NCBI GenBank assembly: GCA_009781755.1
Contig: WQVD01000003.1
Location: 53,348-117,347 of the forward strand
Reading direction: 5' to 3'
Origin: Defluviitaleaceae bacterium
GTDB taxonomy: Bacteria; Bacillota; Clostridia; Lachnospirales; WQUN01
DNA: 64,000 nucleotides
The position numbers and the translations under genes were made by a program. Below, piece by piece: positions 36,787 through 46,239 of this stretch (positions within the stretch are counted from its first letter, which is position 1; each line of letters starts with the position of its first letter). The notes beneath the pieces are model-generated. The model did no database searches. It saw nothing but the letters and a program-made list of their open reading frames with translations, and was not told where the DNA came from.

Positions 36787-38187
36787 TTATACATAAAACG
36801 CGGCGCATGCACGGTGTGTCATGTACACGTCTATTTTTGACACCAATTCATACGGCGCGTGCATGGCCAGCACGGGTACGCCGATGTCCACAATGTCAAC
36901 ATCCAAAAACGCTAGGAACTTGGCTACGGTACCGCCGCCGCCGGCATCAATCTTGCCCAGTTCGCCTACTTGCCAGCGGACGTTGGCGCCATCCAGCAGG
37001 GTGCGGATGAAGGACATATACGCGGCAGAAGCATCTACCGTGCCGCCCTTGCCGCCGGAACCTACATATTTGGCAACGCTAACGCCGTGATTGATGAGGC
37101 TGGAGTTGCGTTTTTCGAATACGCTGGTGAAGTTGGGGTCGTAGGCGGCGTTTACATCTGCGGAGAGTGCCTTGGTGGCGCGCAGAACACGGCGGGGTTT
37201 GGCACCTTTGAGTTCGCACAAGTCTTCTACGAAATAGAGTAAAAAGTTGGAATCGAGGCCGGTGTTGCCTGCGCTGCCCACTTCTTCTTTGTCGGCCAGG
37301 ATGGTGACGGTGGTGTGGTGGGGCGTGGCGGCGGCGAATTCTGCCATGACAGAAGCATACGCGCATACGCGGTCATCGTGGCCGTAGGAGCCGATGAGCG
37401 AACGATCCAAGCCGATGTCACGCGCTTTGTAAGCGGGTACGGCTTTGAGGTCGGCGGTGTGGAAGTCGGCCTCGGTGATGCCGTACTTTTCGTGCAATAT
37501 TTTAAGGACGGTGAATTTGGCTTTGTCGCCCAATTTGTCATCGTTGGTGGGTAATGTACCGGTGATGAGGTTCAAATCCTCGCCCGCGAAGGCCGTGGAA
37601 AGTTTCTTTTCGCCTTGTTCGCGTCCCAAGTGGGGGAGGAGGTCGGTGATCATGAATTGCGGGTCGTTGTCGTCCTCGCCGATTGTGACGCGCACCATGG
37701 ATCCGTCGGCCTTGTACACCACGCCATGCAGCGCGAGGGGAACCGTCGGCCACTGGTACTTGCGCACGCCGCCGTAGTAGTGCGTCTTGAGATACACGAT
37801 GCCCGTGTCTTCGTACAGGGGGTTGGGCTTGAGGTCGAGCCGGGGCGAATCAACGTGGCTGGCGATGACGCGCAGGCCGTCCTCGAGGGGGCCGTTACCG
37901 ATGGTGGCCAGCATGAGTGCCGCGCCGCGGTTTTGCACAAAGACTTTATCGCCCGCTTGGTATGCGTTGCCGGGGACAAATTCGGCGTAGCCGCGCGCTT
38001 TGGCCATGGCGATGACGGTTTCTACGCAGTCGCCTTCGGTTTTGGATGCGTCCAGGAATTTTTTGTACCCTTCGGCAAAATCCTGCGCGGCTTGTAATTC
38101 CGCTTCGGTCATTTTTAATGCGGCGTGCTCGTTTTTGAACACGAGTTGCTCTTGTAATAATTCGTTAGCGGATTTTTCTTTTTCCAT
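36787..38187 (-). CDS. M18 family aminopeptidase
   Basis: It contains ASHVDSPRLDLKP and HGHDDR-type metal ligands. The ATG at 38187 lies 9 nt after AAGGAG. The ATG at 38196 directly abuts the SD. Confidence 0.85.
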   Translation of the reverse strand: MEKEKSANELLQEQLVFKNEHAALKMTEAELQAAQDFAEGYKKFLDASKTEGDCVETVIAMAKARGYAEFVPGNAYQAGDKVFVQNRGAALMLATIGNGPLEDGLRVIASHVDSPRLDLKPNPLYEDTGIVYLKTHYYGGVRKYQWPTVPLALHGVVYKADGSMVRVTIGEDDNDPQFMITDLLPHLGREQGEKKLSTAFAGEDLNLITGTLPTNDDKLGDKAKFTVLKILHEKYGITEADFHTADLKAVPAYKARDIGLDRSLIGSYGHDDRVCAYASVMAEFAAATPHHTTVTILADKEEVGSAGNTGLDSNFLLYFVEDLCELKGAKPRRVLRATKALSADVNAAYDPNFTSVFEKRNSSLINHGVSVAKYVGSGGKGGTVDASAAYMSFIRTLLDGANVRWQVGELGKIDAGGGGTVAKFLAFLDVDIVDIGVPVLAMHAPYELVSKIDVYMTHRACAAFYV

Positions 38188-38243
38188 GTTAATCATCTCC
38201 TTTTTTGTATGTTAGCTTTGAATTGTATTACGTTGTTAACAGT

Positions 38244-38510
38244 CTACTTTGAAATAGTTTCCGGTGCAATCATTTCACTTGCTTTGCCCTTGCGAGCAAA
38301 GCAATCGTTAATAATTATCCATAAAACAGGTATGCTGATAAGAACGGCTCTCCCTGAAATGGGATTGGCAATTTGTCTTGTTACAATATCACTTATTGTT
38401 ATTTGTGTATTAGGCCAAATTAACATTGCGATATTCGCAAAAACAAGTAATAAAATAGCGTATAGTACGAAGGGTAGAATCCTATGTCGTGTGTATTTAA
38501 AATTAAACAT
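38244..38510 (-). CDS. possible 88-aa two-TM membrane protein (weak call)
   Basis: It starts MFNFKYTRHRILPFVLYAILLLVFANIAML. It lies in an AT-rich 350-bp islet and has no clear SD. A competing plus-strand ORF (38209..38553) is equally hydrophobic. Confidence 0.3.
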   Translation of the reverse strand: MFNFKYTRHRILPFVLYAILLLVFANIAMLIWPNTQITISDIVTRQIANPISGRAVLISIPVLWIIINDCFARKGKASEMIAPETISK

Positions 38511-38576
38511 TCTTGCTTCGTTATCCACAATTATCCCCCGTTTATTGTTATAATTGAAAAAAATAGGAGGTGCAGT

Positions 38577-39686
38577 ATGAAAACTTATCCAAATCTTTTC
38601 GCAGAAATCGGTATTAACAAGGAAGCAATTAACGAGAAAATTCGGCAAACGTTCGAAACGATGTTCTTTGATCCGGTGGAGCGTATTTATTTTGAATTCG
38701 GCGACAATATGGGGTACATGCTGGACACGGGCAACAACGATGCGCGTTCCGAAGGTATGAGCTACGGTATGATGATGGCTGCGCAAATGAACCGGAAGGA
38801 TATTTTTGACCGTTTGTGGTTGTTTAGCAAGACGTACATGTACCAGTCGAGTGGGCCGTTCGAGGGTTACTTTGCGTGGAGTGTCAAAACCGACGGCACG
38901 AAAAATTCGCAAGGCCCTGCACCCGATGGAGAGGAATATTTCGCACTGGCGTTATTTTTTGCATCGGCGCGGTGGGGGGATGGCGCGGCACCCTTTGACT
39001 ACGCCGTGCAAGCCCGCGATATCTTGCGCCATTGCGTGCATCAGCACGAAATCGTCGAAGGCGGCGAGCCCATGTGGGAGCCGTCCAATTATTTAATCAA
39101 ATTCGTACCGTCCACGCCTTTCTCAGACCCGTCTTATCATCTGCCGCATTTCTACGAAATATTCGCTGACCGTGCAGACGAAGCCGACCGCGATTTTTGG
39201 AAAAAAGCCGTCCAAGCCAGCCGTGACTACATCGCTCTGTCCTGCCACCCCATAACCGGCATGGCATCCGAATACGCAGAATACGACGGCACCCCGCGTG
39301 AAATGTTTGGCAAAAAACAGCAATTCTATTCCGACGCATACCGCGTAGCCATGAACATCGGGTTGGATGCGGCATGGTACGGCAAGACGGCTGCTTTAAC
39401 TGCTGCCGTAGACCGCTTGCAAAGCTGGTTTTCGGTAAATACAAATCTAGGTGATTACGATTCTTACATGCTGGATGGCACGCCGGTAGACCTGCCCGCC
39501 ATGCACCCCACAGCCATCATCGCTACCAACGCGGCGGGCTCGCTGGCTGCTGAGGGGGAGTACCGCTTGAAATGGGTCGCAGATTTTTGGAAGACGCCAC
39601 TGCGGCGGGGGCATCGTAGGTATTATGATAATTGTTTGTATTTATTTTGCTTGTTGATGCTGGCGGGGGAGTATCGGGTGTATTGA
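38577..39686 (+). CDS. glycoside hydrolase family 8 (reducing-end xylose-releasing exo-oligoxylanase-like)
   Basis: The ATG at 38577 follows GGAGG. The sequence DARSEGMSYGMMMAAQ...GPAPDGEEYFA...SDAYR is typical of GH8. Confidence 0.85.
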   Translation: MKTYPNLFAEIGINKEAINEKIRQTFETMFFDPVERIYFEFGDNMGYMLDTGNNDARSEGMSYGMMMAAQMNRKDIFDRLWLFSKTYMYQSSGPFEGYFAWSVKTDGTKNSQGPAPDGEEYFALALFFASARWGDGAAPFDYAVQARDILRHCVHQHEIVEGGEPMWEPSNYLIKFVPSTPFSDPSYHLPHFYEIFADRADEADRDFWKKAVQASRDYIALSCHPITGMASEYAEYDGTPREMFGKKQQFYSDAYRVAMNIGLDAAWYGKTAALTAAVDRLQSWFSVNTNLGDYDSYMLDGTPVDLPAMHPTAIIATNAAGSLAAEGEYRLKWVADFWKTPLRRGHRRYYDNCLYLFCLLMLAGEYRVY

Positions 39687-39695
39687 TGGGAACTT

Positions 39696-39857
39696 AAAGA
39701 TCAAAACCCCGGGCGCTGCCCGGACCCGCGAGGGAACGCGTCCCCTCGACCCCGCTGAGCTTCGCGAGGCTCTGCGTTTGGCTAGTGCCGGTTATTTTAA
39801 TGTTACACAACGCTTGGCTGTTCAATCTTTCAGTTGGTCGCAATTTGCGACCAACTG
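39696..39857 (+). repeat. REP/MITE-like element family 1, copy B (full length with terminal hairpin)
   Basis: AAAACCCCGGGCGCTGCCCGGACCCGCGAGGGAACGCGTCCCCTCGACCCCGC...CTTCGCGAGG...CAGTTGGTCGCAATTTGCGACCAACTG. It starts 10 nt after the GH8 stop. Confidence 0.8.
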
Positions 39858-39868
39858 ATTTTTTCCTA

Positions 39869-39958
39869 GCCATGATTGAGAGGGGGCAACGCCCACAGCG
39901 CGGGGTCAAGGGGGAACGCTTCTCCCTTGCGGGTCTGGGCGGCGCCCAGGGTCTGAAA
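39869..39958 (-). repeat. REP/MITE-like element family 1, copy C
   Basis: On the plus strand: GCCATGATTG...GGGGTCAAGGGGGAACGCTTCTCCCTTGCGGGTCTGGGCGGCGCCCAGGGTCTGAAATT. It abuts the cotH-like stop and is inverted relative to copy B around the shared hairpin. Confidence 0.8.
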
Positions 39959-39965
39959 TTACCAC

Positions 39966-42089
39966 TTACCGATGGAATGCTAAAATTATTTCTGACGTTT
40001 GATTCACCACAATATAATCCCCAATGTAATGCACGCCATTTATTATCCACACAGTTTCGGAATCAACATTCGCTGATGTAGCAGTTATTTTTATCTCCGT
40101 CCCGGCGAAATAATTACCCACAACCGTCGTGTCGGCAGGTACCGGCCGCAAATGCATCATGGCCGAACCGGCTCCGTATACAGATAACGTCACGGCAAAC
40201 CGCTCATCGCGCGTGAAGCCCATGTGCCGCTCAATGGAAGCAAACATGATGGCCGGGCGCATGGCGGCGAAGCGACGGATGGCGTAGCGACTTTCGGCGA
40301 TGCTTTCGGGGCTGGGCCACCAAATGCCTTGGGGGTGGAACAGGCCTGCGTTTATGGCATGGTTGAGTTCGGGGTCGATTTGCGCGGATAAGTCGCTTAG
40401 TACGCGGTTGACGTTGCCGGGGGCAAATGCACCCTCCATGACATCGACGAAGGCGTTGGCCAGCATGGCGCGGGTATCTTCACGGTCGATGAAGGCGTGC
40501 AAGAAGGCCGAGCTTTGCCCGGAATTCCAGCGGTCGCCTGTACCGGTTAGGATGTCGTGGATGGTGTCGTGGTGTACGACTTGATCATAATTGTCCCAAA
40601 TAGCCCAAGAGGCTTCAACATCGTGTACGAACACGCGCCACCGTCCGTCGCGCAGGAAGGGGTGCAGGTCAGGATCGTCGCGCTCTTCGTCGGTGGGGAA
40701 GTACCGCCACCATTCAAAATTGTTATTGGGCCAGTCGATATTGTTAATGAAGATTTGCATGGCGTAATATCGGATGAGCTCCGGTACGTCCACGCGTAGA
40801 GAGAACTCGGCGAATCGTTCGTCGCCGCCATCGCCGGTGAAGCCTTGTACCGCTAATTGATGCACTTCAATCATATCGTTAACGGCGCGCGGTTCTCCGT
40901 TCCACCAGCTTGTGGTGCGGGCTTCGCCGCCGTCAATGAGTTCAAAATTTTGCGTTACGCCGCCGAATATACGACGTAAATGATTTTCGCGGCGCGGGGT
41001 CTTGAGCCACGCCACGCCATAGTATTCGCCGTTAAGGAACACGACGGCAGGGCGGTGTGTTTGCGTTACGGTATGCCCGGCTTGGCGGAATAATACTTGC
41101 CCCAGTTCATCGCGGATGAAACCCGCCAAACGATCGGAGCCGCCGTTGCGCAGCCGCAAACGGCGATAACGGTCGATTAAATATCCGTTGACACAAAATT
41201 CATCATCAAAAAACGCGAACGCGAAATTATTGCGGTCGTCGTAAACGTACCGCGCGATGAGTTCCAACGACTTCTGCGGTTCGGTCGCGCGGGAGAATCC
41301 GCCCCGCACGCGGATGCCGATGTGCTGCGACATGTGTAAATTGCCCGCGGAGTCAAACATTTCAACGTGGGCGGCGCGTTCGGAATCTGCTCCGCGTCGG
41401 TTAAAATTGGCGGGGCGGCCAGGGTTTTCACCCAAGGCATCGTAGCCATGTACGGGCCAGCGACCGTGATGTAAGAAAAATTCATTGCGCCAAATTTCGC
41501 GGTCGATGCCCGGGACCATGATGCCTTCGTAGTGGTCAAACAGCCCGTGTGGGTTGCTCGTGATGGCGAAAATGAGCACATTGTCGCAAAAACGCTCATG
41601 CACGTCGGTGCCCATGACGAAATTGCGGGTCACAATTTCCGATGCTACATCTTCGCGTATCGCCACCGCACGGATGGTGAAAAGTGTCACTTGCGACATG
41701 ACTTGCTCAATATAAAACGCCGCCGCATTTAAAGGAATGGCGGGGGCGGGGGCTTCGACCAACAGCGGACGTTCGTACCGTGTGGATTCCACATTCGGAT
41801 ACGACCCATCCAGTGTAAAAAATATTTCTGCACCTTCCGGCGCGGTTAATTCAAGCAAAAACGCGGCATCAAAAAATCCCGCCTCGTGCGAGAACGTTAC
41901 ATACAATTCCCCATCAAAGGGAAGCGGCAACGGGGGAGGGGGGATATGTTGCGGAGACGCAACCAAGTGCGGTGGGGTCGTATCATATTGCTCCCGATCC
42001 CCCGGGCGTTCCGTAAATGAAAAATACGCAAAGCCGCCAATGACGATGGCGGCAATGATCAACGCATAAATTTTTTGCTTGTTACTCAT
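39966..42089 (-). CDS. CotH kinase family protein with an N-terminal membrane anchor
   Basis: 707 aa. The TM helix is IYALIIAAIVIGGFAYFSF. A chitobiase-C-like segment reads FFTLDGSYPNVESTRYERPL. The CotH-like core reads GIRVRGGFSR...KSLEL. The start overlaps the upstream stop (ATGA). Confidence 0.8.
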   Translation of the reverse strand: MSNKQKIYALIIAAIVIGGFAYFSFTERPGDREQYDTTPPHLVASPQHIPPPPLPLPFDGELYVTFSHEAGFFDAAFLLELTAPEGAEIFFTLDGSYPNVESTRYERPLLVEAPAPAIPLNAAAFYIEQVMSQVTLFTIRAVAIREDVASEIVTRNFVMGTDVHERFCDNVLIFAITSNPHGLFDHYEGIMVPGIDREIWRNEFFLHHGRWPVHGYDALGENPGRPANFNRRGADSERAAHVEMFDSAGNLHMSQHIGIRVRGGFSRATEPQKSLELIARYVYDDRNNFAFAFFDDEFCVNGYLIDRYRRLRLRNGGSDRLAGFIRDELGQVLFRQAGHTVTQTHRPAVVFLNGEYYGVAWLKTPRRENHLRRIFGGVTQNFELIDGGEARTTSWWNGEPRAVNDMIEVHQLAVQGFTGDGGDERFAEFSLRVDVPELIRYYAMQIFINNIDWPNNNFEWWRYFPTDEERDDPDLHPFLRDGRWRVFVHDVEASWAIWDNYDQVVHHDTIHDILTGTGDRWNSGQSSAFLHAFIDREDTRAMLANAFVDVMEGAFAPGNVNRVLSDLSAQIDPELNHAINAGLFHPQGIWWPSPESIAESRYAIRRFAAMRPAIMFASIERHMGFTRDERFAVTLSVYGAGSAMMHLRPVPADTTVVGNYFAGTEIKITATSANVDSETVWIINGVHYIGDYIVVNQTSEIILAFHR

Positions 42090-42775
42090 ACGGTATCGTC
42101 GGGGGTGCGACCCAGTGCTTCATACAATTTGCGGCGGGTTTTTTTATCATCGGACAAAATCATCCCCGCATATTTGGCCACATCGTGTGCCACGGCACGC
42201 GGTACGCAAATGACCCCATCACCGTCCGCCACAATCACATCTCCCGGGAAGACCGACACACCGCCAATGGCCACAGGTACGTCCTTTTGATCAAATTGAA
42301 TTTTGCACTGCACCATGGATTGCGCCACAAAGCTGCTCCACACGGGCACTTTTTGCAGAATCACTTCATCCGTGTCGCGGATGCCGGAGCCGTTGGTCAC
42401 AAAGCCGCGCACGCCGCGTTGTACGGCACGCAGGGTATTTTCCGACCCCATCAAACCCACATTCACGCCGCTCACATCAATGGCCATGAAGTCGCCATCC
42501 TCGATTTCGTCCATCCATGGGTAGGTGCAGACTTTCCAATAATACCAGCCCTGCCATTCGGTGTATTCGTCGCCGCGCTTTTCGGGGTAGGGGCCTACGA
42601 AGGGCAGGTAACGCGCTGTCCGCGCAACGCCCACCGCGCGGGTACGAAACAACGGGCGTACTTCGGGCGACATCGAACCAAAGTTGTGGTAGCCAATCCA
42701 GTCCATTCCGTCGCGCACGTCGGCCACGCGGAAGTCCTTGTACAGGTCGAGCAGGATTTTGTTTTCGTCACGCAT
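42086..42775 (-). CDS. RraA family protein (RraA / HMG-aldolase-like)
   Basis: 229 aa with ADVRDGMDWIG...GDVIVADGDGVICVPRAVA. Confidence 0.8.
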   Translation of the reverse strand: MRDENKILLDLYKDFRVADVRDGMDWIGYHNFGSMSPEVRPLFRTRAVGVARTARYLPFVGPYPEKRGDEYTEWQGWYYWKVCTYPWMDEIEDGDFMAIDVSGVNVGLMGSENTLRAVQRGVRGFVTNGSGIRDTDEVILQKVPVWSSFVAQSMVQCKIQFDQKDVPVAIGGVSVFPGDVIVADGDGVICVPRAVAHDVAKYAGMILSDDKKTRRKLYEALGRTPDDTV

Positions 42776-42793
42776 GGTAAACCCTCCTTAAAA

Positions 42794-43300
42794 TTATAAA
42801 ATTAATTTGTAAATGTACGAACGATGCACAATATTCGTACCACTTTTCGTAAATGAACTTTCGCTCGCAATGGTAAATCCGCATTTTTCAACTACGCGGT
42901 TTGATGCTTTGTTTTCTTGCGCGACGGGTGCAGTAATGGATTTTATGCCCAACTCGCGGGCAAAATCGATTAATGCGTTTACCATTTCACCTGCGTATCC
43001 ATTACCCCAATATTCTTTTTTGACGTTATATCCAATTGAATATTCATGCGCGGTAGTGTTTTCAAAACCCAAGCTGCAAGTGCCGATAATTTCATCAAAA
43101 CCCGCGCGCATGGCCACAAAGTAATAAACAGGACAATCCGGGTCGTCTTCAAGTATTTCTTTGATTTCATCGCCGCTTTGGTAATGCGGGTCCGGCATGT
43201 ATTTTCCACCCTCAAGGTCTCCCCACATGGCCGCAACCGCGTCCAAATCATTTTGCCGAGTGGTTCTTATAAATAATCTTTGCGTGTTAAAACTGCGCAT
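42794..43300 (-). CDS. GNAT family N-acetyltransferase (RimJ/RimL-like)
   Basis: The ATG at 43300 lies 1 nt after the upstream TAG. The sequence is TQRLFIRT...WGNGYAGEMVNALIDFA. Confidence 0.8.
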   Translation of the reverse strand: MRSFNTQRLFIRTTRQNDLDAVAAMWGDLEGGKYMPDPHYQSGDEIKEILEDDPDCPVYYFVAMRAGFDEIIGTCSLGFENTTAHEYSIGYNVKKEYWGNGYAGEMVNALIDFARELGIKSITAPVAQENKASNRVVEKCGFTIASESSFTKSGTNIVHRSYIYKLIL

Positions 43301-43301
43301 G

Positions 43302-44282
43302 CTAGCACCCGGCCGCCGCTGCATTCGTACTCGTTATAATCGCCGCGCTCATGGCCACCATCATGGCGGTTTGCTGGGCGATGAGCATGTTGGTGATGGC
43401 AGTAGAAGCCGTCGCTTGTGCCAAGGTGTGGCGGCTGATGAGTGCCACGGCATACATATTAATTTCCGCCGATGTAACGGAAAACGCGCCGAAGCCTTTT
43501 TGTGCACGCAGGTATTCCACGGTGGTTTTGATTTCGTCGGCCAATGCGTCGGGGTTGATGGTGAGGGTGGACAGGATGCCCAACGACGGCAGCACCAGCG
43601 AGCGGTCGAGTTTGATTTTGTGCGCGCGCAGGATGCGGTTAAGGTGAATGAGGTTAGAAATGCAGTGTTCGGTGCGGTCGCTCAGCACCATGATTTGCGC
43701 CAGGTGCAGCAAGCACGAGCGGCTGGTCATGAAGGGGAATTCGGCTTTTAAGCGTGTGTACATATCGCGCACTTTGTCGCCGGCGGTTTGCGCGTCTAGA
43801 CTTGCAAGTGCCAGCATGGCCGCGTAGATGTAATCATCTGCGCCGATGAGGAAACGGTTATTGGCGCGCATGGCCAAGAAGATTTCCCGCGTTTGTGTGA
43901 CTATGTGCGGGAAGTTTGTGCTTTGGGCTTGCGAGGCGATTTCGTAGGCGGCGGCGACTAAGTAATCCGACGAGCGGAATTTCTCGTGCTTCATTAATTG
44001 GTACACGGTTTGTGTGTCGGCCAGCCGCGCGGCGGGTTCGGGTGTCATGGACGCCATCGCCGATATAAGTACCGCCAAATTGCCGCGGAATGTGGAAAAC
44101 ACGCCCGTGCTGTCCTTGAGTTTTTTGTGCGCCGCAACCACGGCTGCGCCGTCCAATTCATTGCCTTCCAGTGCAAAAACAAGTGCCGTTAACCGTTTGA
44201 TCATCGGCTCCTGCCACGGAAAGGACTTTCTGATGCGCGTTGTGTTGTCCAGGAAAAGCTGTGTCATTTGTTCTCGGTTCAT
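43302..44282 (-). CDS. helical protein of unknown function (possibly DUF4003-like)
   Basis: The ATG at 44282 lies 6 nt after GAGGTG and overlaps the rpe stop (ATGA). Length is 326 aa. The DUF assignment is from memory only. Confidence 0.6.
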   Translation of the reverse strand: MNREQMTQLFLDNTTRIRKSFPWQEPMIKRLTALVFALEGNELDGAAVVAAHKKLKDSTGVFSTFRGNLAVLISAMASMTPEPAARLADTQTVYQLMKHEKFRSSDYLVAAAYEIASQAQSTNFPHIVTQTREIFLAMRANNRFLIGADDYIYAAMLALASLDAQTAGDKVRDMYTRLKAEFPFMTSRSCLLHLAQIMVLSDRTEHCISNLIHLNRILRAHKIKLDRSLVLPSLGILSTLTINPDALADEIKTTVEYLRAQKGFGAFSVTSAEINMYAVALISRHTLAQATASTAITNMLIAQQTAMMVAMSAAIITSTNAAAAGC

Positions 44283-44953
44283 ACCAAGCACCTCAATTTT
44301 TTTATAATCTCCGCATACGCGGGGCGGTTCGGCTGCGGGTAGAAAAGCGATTTGGTGCCCAGCACAAAGGCGTTGACACCCATCGCGTGTAATTCAACAA
44401 TTTTGTCAGGATCCATTGCGCCGTCCACGCACAAGGTGAAGCCATGTTGCGCTGCCATCGTACCCAGCACGCGCAGTTTTTCCAACGTAAACGGCAAAAA
44501 CGATTGCCCTGCGAAGCCCGGATTGACGGTCATGGCCAGTACATGGCCGCATAGGGGCAGCAATTCCTTGATGCTTTCGATAGAAGTGCCGGGGTTAATG
44601 GCTAGGCCGGGGATTGCGCCCACCTCGCGGATTTTGGCCAAGGTACGTGCGGCGTGCGGGTCGGCCTCCGCATGGATAGAAATTGTATCCGCACCCAACG
44701 CCCGAAAATAATCAATGTAGGCGGCGGGGTTGGTAATCATCAAATGCACATCCAGCGGTAGGTGCGTATGTTGTTTGAGCGTGCGCATAATTTCCGCACC
44801 GCAGGCGAAATTGGGTACAAAAGTGCCGTCCATGACATCGACATGGATTGCATCCACGCCCGCCGCCGTCAAGTCAGTAATTTCCTGCGCTAAAATGCCG
44901 TGGTCGGCGCACAAAATGCTGGGGAAAAGTTTTATTTCAGTGGAATGATTCAT
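44279..44953 (-). CDS. rpe: ribulose-phosphate 3-epimerase family protein
   Basis: The ATG is at 44953. The sequence is FPSILCAD...IHVDVMDGTFVPN...LDVHLM...MTVNPGFAGQ. Confidence 0.85.
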   Translation of the reverse strand: MNHSTEIKLFPSILCADHGILAQEITDLTAAGVDAIHVDVMDGTFVPNFACGAEIMRTLKQHTHLPLDVHLMITNPAAYIDYFRALGADTISIHAEADPHAARTLAKIREVGAIPGLAINPGTSIESIKELLPLCGHVLAMTVNPGFAGQSFLPFTLEKLRVLGTMAAQHGFTLCVDGAMDPDKIVELHAMGVNAFVLGTKSLFYPQPNRPAYAEIIKKLRCLV

Positions 44954-45143
44954 AGTAAAATGGCCGCCTTCCAATGATTTGTACCCATCATAATCCTTTT
45001 GCACGAACACGCCCAGCATTAACACGATATGTGTATTTTGCGTGTGCGTTTTATCATGTGTGAGTATTTTGTTTGCGGTTAAAATGAAGGGTGATATAGT
45101 GCGCACAGGGCGTTGCCCACATAGATTTGGGAGGAGCAATCAC

Positions 45144-45995
45144 ATGAATTTTCCGCGTACCACTGTCGCAGGGGTATCATTGCCCCGCATGATCATGGGC
45201 ACCAATTGGCTGGCTGGATGGAGTCATCGCAGCCCATCGGCCGACAAGCACATCAAGACCCTGCATGCCCAGCCGGAGTCCATTCTGCCCGTGCTGTCTG
45301 CTTACATGGAGAACGGCATCGACGCCATCATGGGCCCTTTCGGTACCATCGCGCCCATCGACACTGCCATCAAGCAGGCCGAGGATAAATTCGGCAAGAA
45401 AATCACGCTCATCGACACGCCCATCATCGATGTGTCCGACAACCCCGCCGCCCGCGCGTCTGCCGCTGCCCGCATTAAACAATCGGCGGCCACGGGTGCT
45501 ACTTTTTGCCTCATTCACCATTCCAGCGTTGAGGAACTCGTAGACAAAAACGCGCGCGTCATCAAGCGCATCGACGATTACACCCAAATGATACGCGAAA
45601 ACGGCATGATTCCCGGCCTATCCGCCCACATGCCTGAGCTCATCACATACTCCGATGCCAACGGCTACGATGTAGAAACCTATATCCAAATCTACAACTG
45701 CCTAGGCTTCCTCATGCAAATTGAAATCGAGACCATTGCATCCATCATTCACGCGGCTAAGAAACCCGTCATGACCATCAAACCCATGGCTGCCGGGCGT
45801 TGTACGCCATATGTCGGGCTCAATTTCGCGTGGGCAACGCTGCGCGATTGCGATATGGTGACCGCAGGTGCGCATTTGGCGGATGAGGTGTACGAGAACA
45901 TTGAAATCAGCCGCGCGTTTTTTGATAGACGCTTCCCCGAATTGGAGAAGCGTGCTAGCCCGAATATGAATCAATCGGCTTTTGGCGGAGCGTAA
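45144..45995 (+). CDS. conserved hypothetical protein (unknown function)
   Basis: The ATG at 45144 follows GGGAGGAG. Length is 283 aa. It is divergent from the rpe operon. I recognise no motif. Confidence 0.65.
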   Translation: MNFPRTTVAGVSLPRMIMGTNWLAGWSHRSPSADKHIKTLHAQPESILPVLSAYMENGIDAIMGPFGTIAPIDTAIKQAEDKFGKKITLIDTPIIDVSDNPAARASAAARIKQSAATGATFCLIHHSSVEELVDKNARVIKRIDDYTQMIRENGMIPGLSAHMPELITYSDANGYDVETYIQIYNCLGFLMQIEIETIASIIHAAKKPVMTIKPMAAGRCTPYVGLNFAWATLRDCDMVTAGAHLADEVYENIEISRAFFDRRFPELEKRASPNMNQSAFGGA

Positions 45996-45999
45996 GGTC

Positions 46000-46156
46000 A
46001 AAAGATTTAAGACCCTGGGCCGCCGCCCAGACCTGCAAGGGTGCCGGCTAAAGCCTTATTTGGCGACTCGCCCCTTGACCCCTATGTGCTTCGCGTGGGT
46101 CGCCGATGAGCTGGTGTGGATTTCAGTTGGTTACTGGCTGTGACAAACTGAAATTT
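46000..46156 (+). repeat. REP/MITE-like element family 1, copy D (variant with an expanded first hairpin)
   Basis: AAGACCCTGGGCCGCCGCCCAGACCTGCAAGGGTGCCGGCTAAAGCCTTATTTGGCGACTCGCCCCTTGACCCC...CTTCGCGTGG...TTTCAGTTGGTTACTGGCTGTGACAAACTGAAA. It starts 5 nt after the upstream stop. Confidence 0.75.
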
Positions 46157-46188
46157 ATCAAGATTGGTGAATATACATGTTGTAATTG

Positions 46189-46223
46189 AAATAACCCCTT
46201 GGCGATTACCTTGGGGTTATTTT
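46189..46223 (-). terminator. hairpin after the small membrane protein gene
   Basis: AATAACCCC...GGGGTTATT with a modest T-rich tail on the minus strand. Confidence 0.45.
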
Positions 46224-46239
46224 CATTTGAAGAAAAAGT

